The notes beneath the pieces are model-generated. The model searched no databases, was not told where the DNA came from, and was given only the letters and a program-made list of their open reading frames with translations. DNA of 64,000 bases from Camelus ferus (lineage: Eukaryota), in assembly GCF_009834535.1 (NCBI RefSeq), contig NC_045697.1, forward strand, positions 6,016,001-6,080,000, given 5' to 3'. Position 1 is the first letter of the stretch. The number at the start of each line of letters is the position of its first letter. Shown here one piece after another: positions 52,204 to 64,000 of the stretch. The position numbers and the translations under genes were made by a program.

Positions 52204-52336
52204 CTTTCTCAGCTCCCACCCAGTCATGCTTCTCAAAGAGCAGGTAGTGTGGGCTCTTGGGGAGAAAGGGCAGGCTCACCAGCTGGACCAAGGCAGGGAT
52301 GGCAATCACTCCAAACAGGTATGGCCAGGTGCTCTC
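52204..52336 (-). pseudogene. SLC2A9: SLC2A9 exon (human exon 6 equivalent), 133 nt, frame intact
   Basis: ttcctcag|GAG AGC ACC TGG...GAG AAA G|gtaggg; encodes [44 protein letters not shown]. Recalled human sequence: [44 protein letters not shown]. Confidence 0.93.
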
Positions 52337-52819
52337 CTGAGGAAGAAGAGGAGGCTAGTGAATTATGAGGCCTTTGGTCATTATCTGGGGGCTGGGCCTC
52401 TGGGCCAAGCAGCTTCTGCTCTTTGCACAAGGTCCCTCTGCCCAGTGCGAGTCCCACGAACAAAGCTGCAAGAGGGAATGGACACTGGTTTAGCACCAGG
52501 CCCCCGTGTTTGGCATTTCCACGCACAGGGCTGGTGAACCCTCAGAGCCACCTGTGAGGAGGTTACCTGCGGGGTGACTCTGAGAAGGAGGAGTTCAGGG
52601 AAGCCAAGGGCTGGCCTACTCCAAGGTCCTTGGGCTATTTCCCCTCTACTACTTCCTCTTTGTGTGGTCTTGGAAACCATTTTCACGGCCCCTCGGAATC
52701 CCTTTGTCCTCACCTGAGGGACGAGGACAGCCACAGACACCTCTCAGGCAATTGTGAGAGAGGGATCAGATAATGCTTTGACTGTGGGGCCTGGCACACA
52801 GTAGGTGCACAGAGGAAAT

Positions 52820-53356
52820 TGAGACAGGAAGGAAGGGGGCAGGGCATAACCATTAAGAGAATGGCACAGCCATTGAGAGAAACAGGATGTGACAAAAACT
52901 GGTTAGAACCAACCAGGCCTAAGATGGCAGAAGATTTGACTTCCAATGGACCTTGACCTCATTATACACTGGTTGTGTTGTATTAGCTGCTAAATTACAC
53001 GCCTACTGGCACCAAGAGAGCCATAAGGCTGACCATAAAAGGCCAAAAAGGTGGGCAGTGACCCAATTTCTGGAAATCTAGTTGGAATAATCCTCCCACT
53101 TGTTAGCCTATGAAATTACCCAGCCCATAAAAACTAAACACCCCCACCCCCTGGGGCCACTGTCACATTTGAGATGAGCCACACTGTCTATGGAGTGTGT
53201 ATCTCTCTAAAAAAACTTGCTTTCGCTTTACTGTGGTTTGCTCTTGAATTCTTTCTGCACAAAGCCAAGGACACTCACTTGGTGGGGTGCATCCCAGGGA
53301 TTTGCTGGAGACCTAGGACACAACCATCCTCTCATGCACCCCATTTTCTTGCAATA
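52820..53356 (+). mobile_element. ERV1-type solo LTR (family B), second copy
   Basis: TGAGACAGG...TTGCAATA; 4-bp TSD aaat/aaac. Colinear with 51296-51789 ('actggttagaacca', 'aggctgaccataaaa', 'tatgaaattacc', 'cccataaaaactaa', 'ctgcacaaagccaaggac'). Confidence 0.85.
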
Positions 53357-54200
53357 AAACTACTGCTGTATTGGTGCCAATGCCCAAATGCCTCCGGGGC
53401 CCACAGCACCCGGCCCACCTTGCTCCTGTCTGTGAACATCCCGGAGGAAGTGAGGGTGATGAAGGGCGGGACGCAGCTCACCCTGGGGGGTGGGGGAACC
53501 TTTACTTTTCCCACCTGCTGTGGCTGTGAAATGCAAGGAGGGTCTACCACAGGCACCATTCCAGAAGCATTTTGAGCCACTTCAAGCAGCACCATTTGCC
53601 TATAGTGCAGCCTAAATGCACAGAGCTCGAATTATTATGCTGATTAAGCCAGCATTCGTCCCGATTTTTTTTTTAGCCCAGGTTTACAAATAAACTCTCA
53701 TTGTGCTTCAGAAAGGAGAGAGGGCAACAGGGGGCAGGTCTCATGGGGAGGAAGATGAGAAACAAAGTTCTCAACGCCCAATTCTTGAATGTCTTATTTC
53801 CTAAGAAGCTACACGGAGACAGCCAAGGAGAAAAGAAGACCCATCCAGACCTGGAAAGGCTTTGCACGGGCGAAGGTTCAGCTGGGCTCAGGACAGGAGC
53901 CTGCGGGCATGCGCCCTTTGTGATGTGGAGACCACAGGGCCCTCAGCCCTCCTTTGTCTCTCACAGCTGCAGGGTTTCCCTGTGGTGTCTCCCTACTGAC
54001 TCCCTGTGACAGAGGTCCCAGGGCAGTGCTGGGATCACAGGAGGGTGGCGCAGCAGGGACCCCTGAAGTGCAGAGCTGGCCAAGGGGCGGATGGCCAGTG
54101 CTTGGTCAGTACCATCCATTCTGCTCCCCTTTCTGTACATAATAACAATGTATATTTGCAAATTCCTCTGATCTCACCGGCCAGCACGACTCCCTGGCCT

Positions 54201-54945
54201 ATGAGGGACCTGTCAGGCGGATGCCAGCTTTCAGTTTGGTGGGGAGCTCCCTGTATGAGGCCAGGAGAGGAGACCAAAGGCAGATGAGTGGCTACCAGCG
54301 AAACCAAGCAGGACCCTGGGGCCTTCCTGGTAATAGAACCCTCCATGTGCCCCACTTCTTGTTTGTAGGAAAAGCGTTGGCCTCTCTGAGTTTCAAAGAT
54401 CAAGCTCAAGAAGTTGATAATTAAAGAAATGGGGAATGCAGAAATAAAATGTAATCATGCAAGAAAAGTAATGGTAACTTGAACAATAAGCAAGCCAATC
54501 ATAAAACAGAGTCACAGGACTCATGGCTCCTCCTGGGGGATACAGAGAGCAATCTGATGCACATTCTTGAGTTGTTTCTACAGAAACCAGGACCCCACCA
54601 GATGGAAACTGCTGACCATCAGCAGGTAGCCCCCGACTGATGAATGTAGACTTCCAGGCTGGTTGGAGCCAGAAGACTGATGATTTAGATTCCTAAAATG
54701 TCACTCTATTGCCTCACCACCCACCAATCAGAGAATTGTGCACAAGATGATCAGGTACCCTGTGAACCCCTCCCTCACCCTATCTTTAAAAACCCTTCAA
54801 AAGCCATCGAGGAGTTTGAGTCAAGTCTTTTGAGCATAAGCTGCCCTCTTCTCCTTGCTTGTGGCCTGCAATAAATGCTGTACTTTCCTTCACCACAATT
54901 CAGCATCCATAGATTGGCTTTGCTGTGCATTGGGCAAGTGAACCT
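54201..54945 (+). mobile_element. ERV1-type LTR
   Basis: CCAAT-like 'caccaatcagagaattgtgcac', 'ctttaaaaaccct', and 'aataaatgctgtactttcc' poly(A)-signal region. Ends approximate. Confidence 0.65.
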
Positions 54946-55007
54946 GAGGGACTGGAGAGGGCAGAGAGGGGAGTGACTGCTGATGGGTGTGGGGTTACCT
55001 TTTGGGG

Positions 55008-55462
55008 TGTGAAATAAAATTCATATTTTATGGCAAGACAAGAAGAATTTATACATAAAAAATTTTCTCTGCCCCTTTGGCCTCCACTCTCCCCTCTTCT
55101 GTGTGTTGGATATCTGCATTACGCATCCACCAGACTCCCTCACGGGCAGAAATGTCTGCTCAGCTGTAAAGAGTGACATTTTTCTAGCATCAACAAGACA
55201 ACTTCTTAAAAGATAACATTCCTTCTTGATCTTGTAAGGGACCATGAACATGCTTAGATCTTGATTGTGTAAACTGTCAATAATAGGTCATTTAATGTAC
55301 AGCCTTCTGTCTCAAAAAACTCATATAACTGCGTCGACTCCTAATGGGTGAAACACTTCTCAGAGCTTTCTTAGATGCTCTTCCTAAGTTATAATCCTCA
55401 AATTTGGCTCAAATAAAAATTTCCATTTCTTTCTTAGATTGACTGATTAATTTTTCATTCAT
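55008..55462 (+). mobile_element. ERV1-type LTR inserted into an L1M 3' UTR fragment (~54946-55570)
   Basis: The L1M motif 'ccttttggggt...gatgaaaatattctggaattaga' is split by an insert starting TGTGAA, with 'ggctcaaataaaa' near its end. Confidence 0.65.
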
Positions 55463-58400
55463 GAGAATGATGAAAATATTCTGGAATTAGAAAGGAGTGA
55501 TGGTTATGCAACTTTGTGATTATACTGAAAACTACTTTTAAATGATGAATTTTATGGTATGTGAATTAAAAAGATTTTTTAAAAAGATCATGGAATTGAA
55601 AAATGACACACACATAAGTGGAGTTTTCACTACAGCTCTTTGGTGTGTGTGTGTTGTTTGTTTTATCTTACAGCTTGGCTGCTATCTCAGTAAGAGCAAA
55701 GACAGAAAGCTGGGGGAAAAGGTAAGGCAACCAACCCGACTAAGCTTCTACTATGTACCAGGCCTGGTGGGAGCTCATTGCATAATTGTCTTTTAACCTC
55801 CTGGCAGCTGGTGCTGTTTGCTGTGAGGGATGTGGAGACAAAGGAAATGTCTGTGCTGACTGCCTCCCAGCCAGTAGCCACACAGGGGGAATCAAACCCC
55901 AGCGTTTCCCACAGCATCAAAATAGAGAGGTACCTCCGATGGGTGGCTCCCTTGGAGCTACCATTGGTAGGAGGAGGGGGGAAGCTGGAAGGGCACTTCT
56001 GGAATGGGAACAGTGTGTACGGACGTGCAGAGACGTGATCCACCTGGGCTCATTGGGAACAACAGCTGTAGAGGAAATGTAGGGCCGGGGATGCTGGAGA
56101 CATGGGATCCGGGGTGGAACCTGGGTCATGGGTGGCTTTGCTGCTATTCCATGGCACTTGTACCTGGCTCTGAGGACCTCCGAGAGCCTTTGAACTGAGT
56201 TGGACACCCTGTATTTCCTTGAATCTTCAAGTCAGCATTCCTGGAACCATGCAGTCCGTGAGTACAGTGAGTGGATTCCAGGTATTACGGAGAAGACTAG
56301 TCGGTGGTACAGACTGTGATACACGGTGTCTTAAATGCAAGGACATGTGGAATCTTCCCTAAGAGCGGCCACTTCGATGGCCGTGGTCTGGTTTCCATCT
56401 CGGATAAAAGCAGATGCTACTGATCCCTGGAGTTGGGTGCTGACGGTGCCTGGACCGGGGAAGAAAGGTGGCGGGAATGTCGAGAGTGGAGCTTGGGCAA
56501 CAGTTCGCTGCCGGGGGACTGAGCTTAGCCAACAGTGGAGTACATGAACTTGGCTTTCTCCAGCGAGTGTTCAGAGATTTCCTGGAAATGTTCAGCAGCT
56601 ATAGGGAGAAGTGTTGTATTTAGAAGTAATTACTACCCATCTTCTGCCAAGAAAGGTGTGAGTGGATATGTGGGTAGGTGATTTTAAATAGAATATTTCA
56701 GCCTATATGATACCATGTGACCCATTCAAATAATAAAAATAGCCACGATGCCCTGCTTATATGGAAGGCTGCATGAAGTGCTTTCCCTAAGTGTGATGAT
56801 GAATGAACAGGTCCCCTCTGCCAACGACAGAGGCGATGACATAATAACCGTCATAAACACTTAAGAGCAGTGGCCTGCAGCTTGGGCAGCTCCTGAGCAG
56901 GCTGTCTGGATTTGAATTCTGCCTCTCTCCCACTCTTTGTGACCTAACTGCCCAGGCCTCATTTTTCTCAGCTGTAAACTGGGGATAATGTTAATGCCTG
57001 CTCATAGGTTGTCGGGAAGGCTAAAGGAGTTAATAGAGGTATATAATGCCCGGCATAGGACCTCACACGCTAAACATTCAACGGGAAAGAGCGGTTTTAC
57101 TATCAAGCACGGTGAGAAGTTCACCACATAGATTATCTCCTTGAATTTTCACAGCAGTCCACAGAGATAGAGCCCAGTATTATCATGGCTGTTTTACAGA
57201 AACATTCACTGCAGCACAGAGAAACAGCTCATTGAGGCCACAGTCCTGTCACAGAGGCCCGACTGAATGCCATGTCTCGGATCCCAGAACCTGAGTTCTG
57301 ATCCATGAAGCCTGACACTGTGGTGTCTCAGTGACCAGGGAGGGGCCACAAGGCCACCAGACCCAGGGGACCCAGGGGACCTCTTCCATCAGCCTCAGGC
57401 CAGAGAATCCTCAGTGGCCCTCAACAGTGTTCCTGGGTACCTGGTCCCAGCATGAGCCGAGGTCTTGGCATTTCACAGCGCAGTCTAGACTTCTCGCCGC
57501 CTGCAGGCAGAGGTCACCCTGGCACGTAGTAGTAGTTCAGTAAACACCTACTAGAGAAATGATGGCATGTGGGAAGGGGCTTCTTATACATCACCACTGT
57601 CACAAAGACCCCTGCCATTTGCACTTCCTTCTCAGGAGCTGTTCAAACAAGAAGGCATGCTTTTAAAAACACGTGTGACCTGCCTCACACAGAATCACAA
57701 GCTACCACGGAAAGTCAGTCTTAGATGAGTGGTGCTGGGTGGAGTCTGATGTGTTCGGTAGAGCACGAGGTCTGCGTCCCCACGTTTGCTTATTTCACTC
57801 TGGAGGAAAGGAAAGTGGATAGTCTTGTCGGCTGAGATGCTTTTCAACTCCTGCTCAGGTAGGGTGAGTGGGTCTTGCAATAACTCGATTATCTTGCTCT
57901 TTAACCACAAGACTTCCTTTTTAAAAATAGACTTCTCAGTCCTTATTTCCCCCAAGTTATAGATGACCTCAGGCCTTTCCATAAATAAAACCCTCCTGGA
58001 CTGCGATGAGACAGCAAAAACTGTTAAATAGAGCTGGAATCACTGATCTTACCCCAAGTCAGGTTCTAATTTAAGGACATCACAAGGTGCCCCCGCTACT
58101 GGCGCCCCTCCAACCCCTCCACCGGCAGGACAGGGTCCAGAGGCCTCCGAGGCCCATGCTGCTGGAGATGAGACTCGGGGAGGGCGGGGAGAGCACTCTC
58201 CCAAGGCTCTTAGGTGGAGGAGATGGGGCAGTTTTCTTTATATGTCTTCATACAGAGTATCTAACTAATTATAACGAAGGCTAGCATGTATCCAGCTCTC
58301 CATGGGCCAAGCTCCCTGCCCCATACTTTACAAAGGGAACTGTAGCAAGGCTGAAAGACAGACAGTTCATGATGCCATCAAAAGACAACCTTGGCTTTTG

Positions 58401-58869
58401 TCTCCTACAGTCCTTCAAATTTTAATCAGTGGGGGTGACTTTCCCCACCCTGCCCCATCTCAGTCCTAGGCTCACAGTTTTAAAATCATAATCAAATTGG
58501 CCTGAATGAATGACCCGCTTTCTCTCCCCCAGTCCAAGTCTGCTTCAGGCTGGGGTCTGCAGTGAAAAGAACTGTGGGGAGATGATTGCTTCTTGTTTTT
58601 CTTCCTTCCCTTCCACCGGCTTCTAACCAGTGTCTGACCGTCCAGGATGAGAGTGGTGAGGAACTAGGTCAGGTCTCTGGGGCCGGCAGACGCTTTGGCT
58701 GGAATTCTTTCCCTGTGAGCACTTTAGAGGGAGTTCCGGACAGGTCCACCCCTGGGGTGACCTCCCCTCCCCCTGAAGCTTCCCTGACCTGGGAGTTTGC
58801 AGCTCTTTTTCTCTGTCCTCAGAAGAGTCATCTCCTCTGCAGCCCCGAGGAATCCAAGGTCAAGGCTAC

Positions 58870-59477
58870 TGTGTATCATTGTGAGTCAAGGACAAAATCC
58901 AGCCCACTCTGACCTCCCTCGGGGCTACTGTATTAACTAGGATTTTTGCTTCCTGTGTCTTATGATGATTTGCTGTCTTGAGGACTTACTGATCCTGGAG
59001 AGACTGTCCCTCCCAGGCCAGCAAATTCCTAGCAAACAACTTGCCTGGGAGCATACCTTTAACACACAAACCAACCAACCCAGAGCCCACACCAGCCACT
59101 TCCTCTGTCTAACCTCACACACCAAGCCAATATTCCCCTGCCTAAATCACCCAGGCACCGGACCACTAGAGACAGCTCCTGTAGCCCTGGGACCACCTGA
59201 AATTATTCCAACTACACCATTCTGAGCTTGCTGAAGCTTGCCTCCCCGCCTCACCCATTCCTTCCCACAGAAGCCACGATAAAGGCTCTGGACCATACTC
59301 TGCCCCCTCTCCTCCCACCTCCTGATGGACCCTAGTGCCTCCTCGTGTGGTCCTGCATGGGGTGGCATGCCCCCTCCCCTTGGGAACCGTGAATAATAAA
59401 CTCTTCTTTCAAAGGCAGTGTCTGTGCCTGTCACCTTGCCATGCCTGATTAAAGCCACATCCCAGGTGCATTTTACA
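58870..59477 (+). mobile_element. ERV1-type LTR (MER34/MER39-like)
   Basis: 'ccattccttcccacagaagccacgataaaggctct...gaataataaactcttctttcaa...caggtgcattttaca'. Confidence 0.65.
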
Positions 59478-59879
59478 GCAGCTGGGTCACCCTCTCCTCC
59501 AGGCATGGGGCCACATAGGTTCTTGCTGCAGGTGACAATTTCTTTCTGGAATCACCTGCCCCTTGTCTTTCAGGACACATCTCTCCTGGTTCTCCTCCAG
59601 TTTCTTTGAGAACCTCCCCAGGGATCTGAGCCCTACTTTCTGTTCATCTCCATCTCTTCCCCCAAGGCAGTGGTTCTTAAACTTGGCTGCACACTGGAAT
59701 CACTTGGGGGGTTTTGAAAATGACAGATGCCCATGGTCTCCCACACTTGCAGATTTGGGGTTAATTGGCCTGCAGGTGTGGGAGCTGGGTTGTTCAAGCT
59801 GTGCAGGTGGCTCCAGGTGGCAACCAGTTGAGCACCTAGGGCCTCCCCTCCACCTGCAGCAGACAGTGGTGCACGGCCC

Positions 59880-60286
59880 GGAACTGAGGGGCTCATCGTC
59901 CAACTGCCGGGAGTGTTGTTGGCTATGGGACTGCAGCTGGGTCCTCGTCCTCCCCCCGAGACATGGCCTTGAAGGATGCTTCCTCCACCAAGGCTACTCA
60001 CCCCTCCTTTGGAGCAAGCTGCACCCAATGGCTGGCTGATATGTGTGCACAAAGGCCTCCCCTCCCCTCCTCTACCTGAAAATGGTACGACTCTGACAGG
60101 CTCTCCCAGGTCCAGAGCTCCCTGTGGGCTGGGACCTCCACTGTGACTGAGGGCTGCCCACCCTCTCCTGCTGAGTCCCACTTCTTTACTCCCTGGCAGG
60201 TGCTGATCTGAGATCACTCCCCAGTCAACTTCCTGCTCACAAATCTCCATCTCAGGGTCTCTTCCCTGGGAACCCAACCTAAGACA
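59880..60286 (+). mobile_element. ERVL LTR16-like old LTR
   Basis: 3' end 'aaatctccatctcagggtctcttccctgggaacccaacctaagaca'. Confidence 0.6.
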
Positions 60287-63200
60287 CATTTATGGGCCAT
60301 GACTTTAAATCTCCACGTCCAGTCCACACCTCTCATTGGGGCTCCTAACTCCCACTTCCAGTTGCCTAGTAGGCAGCTCCACTGATAACCCTTGGGTTCC
60401 ACAATCTCCACACAGTGTCCCTCACCTCCCAGCTCGCCCATGCCTGTCCCTTGATCACAGCTGGGGACATCACCACCTATCCAGATACCTAATGCAGAAA
60501 CTCAATGTCACCTCCACGTCCCTGTTTAACTCACAGCCTTCCCACTACCGTCCGATTTGCTGCCTCCCCTGCTGGAGTCCTGTTGGCTCTGTTTCTGAAT
60601 CCACCTTGTGAGTCTCCTTCTCTTCCTCCTTGCTAGCACTTGCCTTACGGGAGGTTCTCACAGCGTTCTGCCTGGATTCTCAGAACAGCATCTTAATTGT
60701 CCCGAGAAGCTCCTGCATTCCTTTGTATTCCCCTCACAGCCTCAGGGTGATCCTTCTAGAAAGTGAATTTGATGTTCTGAGTTACTTACTTCTCTGCCTA
60801 AACCAGTCAGCGGCTCCCCACTGCCCTCAGGATACAAAGCCCTGTCTTATGAGAACCCTTCCGGGATTCCAGCCTTGCTGCTGGCTAGACACCAGCCCTC
60901 TGCTCCTCTGCTCTGGTCCTGCCCACCCGAGGTCCCTCTCTGAATCCAGCAAGCTGATTTCATCATGCTGTGCCTTTGCAGCACCTCAAGCAGGTGCTGC
61001 TTCCCCCCCAGGAGTGCCCGCCCTTATCTACACATAGATGAACCCTCCCAGTTTTAGCACTGCCCCCATGCATGGCATCTTTTCCTGGCACAGAATTCCA
61101 TTAAAGCACTTGGAACCTGTGTAGCATGTATTCTTTATGAGTTTGTCTCTCCGACTAGACTGAGTTTCTCGGGGCCACCCCTGGCCATGTTCTTTTATGT
61201 TTCTGCCCCCTGCCTGGCATGACAGGTGTTTCACAAATGCCTCTTGACTGAGTTTGTGTTGGGTCAGATGAAGGGCACAGGTAACTGATGCTGCTGCTGG
61301 AGACAGAGACCCCTGAAATAGCACACAGCCCTGCTTTTAAAGGACTACGTGTGGCTTAGTGCTGAGACTTCCCTGTGGTACCCCATTAAAGGGTTAAAGT
61401 AGCATAAATCATATTCCCCGATAAGGCGTTATTACAGTTTTCAGTCTACAGAAGGGAAAACTGAGACCCAGAAAGGTCCGGTGGCTCAGGCAAGCTCACG
61501 TGGGACGCGGGGCACAGCTGACCCGGAGCCTGGCTCTTCCAATGCAAGCACGGGGCTCTTTTTGTGACATTATTCCCGATACCGTGCGGTTCTCAGAGCA
61601 AAGCAACACCTGCCGCCTGCCCCCTGGCGGCTGGCGGCTGAATAGCGAATTTGTATGCAGATTATATTGGGCTGGACCAGTCCTGCTCCTCCATAGAAAG
61701 TTCTGTACGGAGCTCACCAGAGATCACTCGAGCTCAGCTCCAATGGCTCGTCTTTGCACCAAACCGTCGTGAGGACTCCACCCAGGCGAGATGCAGGCGC
61801 GCGCGGCGGCCGTTCAGGGAGGGAGAAACAGTCGCCTTCCCCAGGGTGCTTTGTGAAGGAAAGGGATGAATGCTCCTCGCTGGTTCCTTGTCACAAGCTG
61901 GGTCTCCCAAGGGAAACAGCGCTGGTCAACGAATGTCCATGGAACTCTTGGCCTCGGCGTCCTCACAAGCACCTCCGGAGAGGGGCCCGGCAGGCCACAG
62001 CTCACAGAGCCCCGGGGTGGGGAGCGTGTGTCCGCACCACCTTACGCCGGCTTGGCCTGTCACTGTCTCCACCGCAGATCATGCAGGAGTCATCATCACC
62101 TACCCTACAGGGTGAGTCCAGATGCTGAGATGCTCAGGTCATGGCCCCACGTGTGTTGTTCCACAAGTGCTGCTTCTGGTACAAACTCATGGTCTGGTTG
62201 TTATTTCATTAACAACAGAGACCTCAAGAGCATGGCTGTATGATTCCCCTCACGCTTTCCTGTCTTACGAATAATCCTGAAATTACCCTTCAAAGGCATA
62301 ACACTAACCTCTCAGAAAGTTGTCGCAAGTTCTAGACGTAAGTGAAGTCACCTGCCCAAAGGGTCCCCTTTCAAGAAACTCCAGCTTCTCCCCCCTTTCT
62401 TACAACTTGTCTCTGCTTTTCAAAGGGTTCGGATGTCCTCTGTCTCAAGCGATCTTGTGGGAAAGTAGAGTCAGAAGCTATTAGTCCCGTTTCACAGACA
62501 AGGAAACCGAGGCTGGCGAGGTGGGGAGACAGGTTGAAAGTCCTGCCGCAACATAATTTCTATGAAATCAACTTTGTACCTCCCTCATTTTAGGGAGAGA
62601 AATCCACGCAGTTTTTTAAGGTTGTTGACCTGCAGGGTCCCTCCTCTGGCCAACCTACAGGGATGGGCTGGCGCTGAGCACGTGTGAATCTGTCTTACAG
62701 AGAAACTCCATTTCACCTTCACAACACTCCAGTCTTCATTCCCATTTGACAGTTGAGAAAACTGAGGCACCAAGAAGCAGAGTAACGCATTCAGAGTCAT
62801 GAATCTGCTGAATGGCAAGAGCAGCACCGCCAGCCGGCAGCGGGGCACCCGGCTCTGTGCTCTCCGCCGCTGTGCGGTCCAGCTTCCCTGACTAGGCCTT
62901 TACAGAGATCGCCCTTCTCTCTCCCGAGGGGGTTAGGTAACCAGCATTCTCTCCTAAAAATGATGCTCCCTGGACTTGAAGCCCATCTTTAATCCCTTTA
63001 CCAGCCTTCTGTGTTCCAGCTGAACCATGCCGGTTCCCAGGGCTCATTGCTCAGACCATGGCTTCGCCTGCCACCTCCTTCAGCAAATCCTCACTGTGGG
63101 TCATCTGTGATCAGACCAGTGGCCTCCAATGGAGTCCATGAAAGGAAGGAAAAAAAAAGAAAGGAGGGAAGGCAGGCAGGCAGGCAAGGAAATGTGGTTT

Positions 63201-64000
63201 GTTCTAAGGCTCACACAAGCACAAGGATGCCCATATGAACTGGACTTTCCTATTGATGACCTCAATTTTGGGGATATGGGAGTCTTGATTTCCAGAGACT
63301 AGGGACCGGTCTGGTTACCAAGGAGTTCTGAACCCTGGATCACAACCTTGGGCCTTTCACAGCCTCATTCAGCTTTGCAGTTGGACCCAAGTTCAAATTC
63401 TGATCCTTCGACTTACTTAGCTCGGGGCCTTGAGCAAATTGCTTATTCTCTGGAATCACATGAGAAGAGTAATTAACATTTATTTTGCAGGGCTGCCATG
63501 AGGTTAACAGAGGTGATATCCTAGTATGGGCCTGGTACACGACTGGGAGCAAAGAGACATTGCTTCTTTTTTCCCTTTGCTGTGGCGCTGAGCCAACGTG
63601 AGTGGCCCGTCTTCACTGAAGAGTGAGTGGGTCTGTGCCCCCAGACCTGTGACTTTGTGTCTGGGTTGAGGGTATGAAACTCACCTCTCAAGACCCGAGT
63701 GGGAAGTCGAGGAGCTGAAGACCAGCAAACCTCTCTCAGGAGCCCCCATCTAACGTCATCAGCCACTGCCCTTCCTCCTTGGATGCCCTCTCCCCCTTGG
63801 GGTCTCTGTCAGCTACCCGGTGCCCCTCCCCTGCACATGGACACCCCTGGTGGATCTTTGCTGGACCCACTGACGAACGAGCACGGTACCCGTGCCTCTC
63901 GGGTGCTGCCTGGTCGTCTATACGACGCTAGGCTGCACCCAGGTGCACGCTCCCATCCCCTCCGCCTCTGAGTGCCCTGCATTCCCTGCTCACGCAGGCT

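Larger units (their letters stand above)
8914..52336 (-). pseudogene. SLC2A9: SLC2A9 (GLUT9) locus, internal portion (exons equivalent to human 6-10), carrying multiple inactivating lesions
   Basis: Five AG/GT-bounded exons in correct order on the minus strand. They translate to GLUT9-specific peptides: [10 protein letters not shown]..., AFQTVLG...[16 protein letters not shown]...[29 protein letters not shown], ...ILAIIASFCS. Two 1-nt deletions and a premature TAG are present. No other GLUT9 exons were recognised, so the flanking exons presumably lie outside the window. Confidence 0.9.

Noticed and set aside
8914..52336. Assignment to another class II GLUT (SLC2A5/7/11) or to a processed pseudogene
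   Set aside because: Peptides such as [15 protein letters not shown] and TLSTGGIE and the exon sizes match GLUT9; introns of 1.4-17.8 kb exclude a retrocopy.
51296..53356. Possible provirus with a transduced host exon
   Set aside because: Separate TSDs for each LTR, no gag/pol/env or primer-binding site seen, and the exon sits in its expected gene order.
59563..60289. 158-aa and 218-aa ORFs
   Set aside because: They fall in old repeat sequence (MER5-like and LTR16-like); no protein-family signal.

Overview
Mammalian genomic DNA, most likely a camelid. The basis is one camelid-type tRNA-derived SINE with target-site duplication (TSD), a cetartiodactyl-type L1 fragment, and no recognisable Alu, B1, BovB/Bov-tA, PRE1 or SINEC copies. 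The window is largely intronic to a minus-strand SLC2A9 (GLUT9, urate/hexose transporter) locus. Five internal coding exons are present, equivalent to human coding exons 6-10: 52204-52336, 34240-34426, 22610-22719, 10377-10475 and 8914-8989. All ten splice sites are canonical AG/GT, but the coding sequence is broken. It carries a 1-nt deletion in exon 7, a 1-nt deletion in exon 8, a one-codon deletion in exon 9, a TGG>TAG nonsense change in exon 10, and substitutions in conserved GLUT motifs. This copy therefore looks like a recently inactivated, intron-containing SLC2A9 pseudogene, either a unitary gene loss or a dead duplicate. The rest is mostly transposable-element debris: ERV1 solo LTRs (all antisense to the gene, two of one family bracketing exon 6), MaLR/ERVL LTRs, L1s including a 5'-inverted one, MER20/MER58/Tigger DNA transposons and microsatellites. 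Nearly all ORFs in the supplied track are spurious. Human GLUT9 comparisons and repeat family names are from memory, not from alignment.
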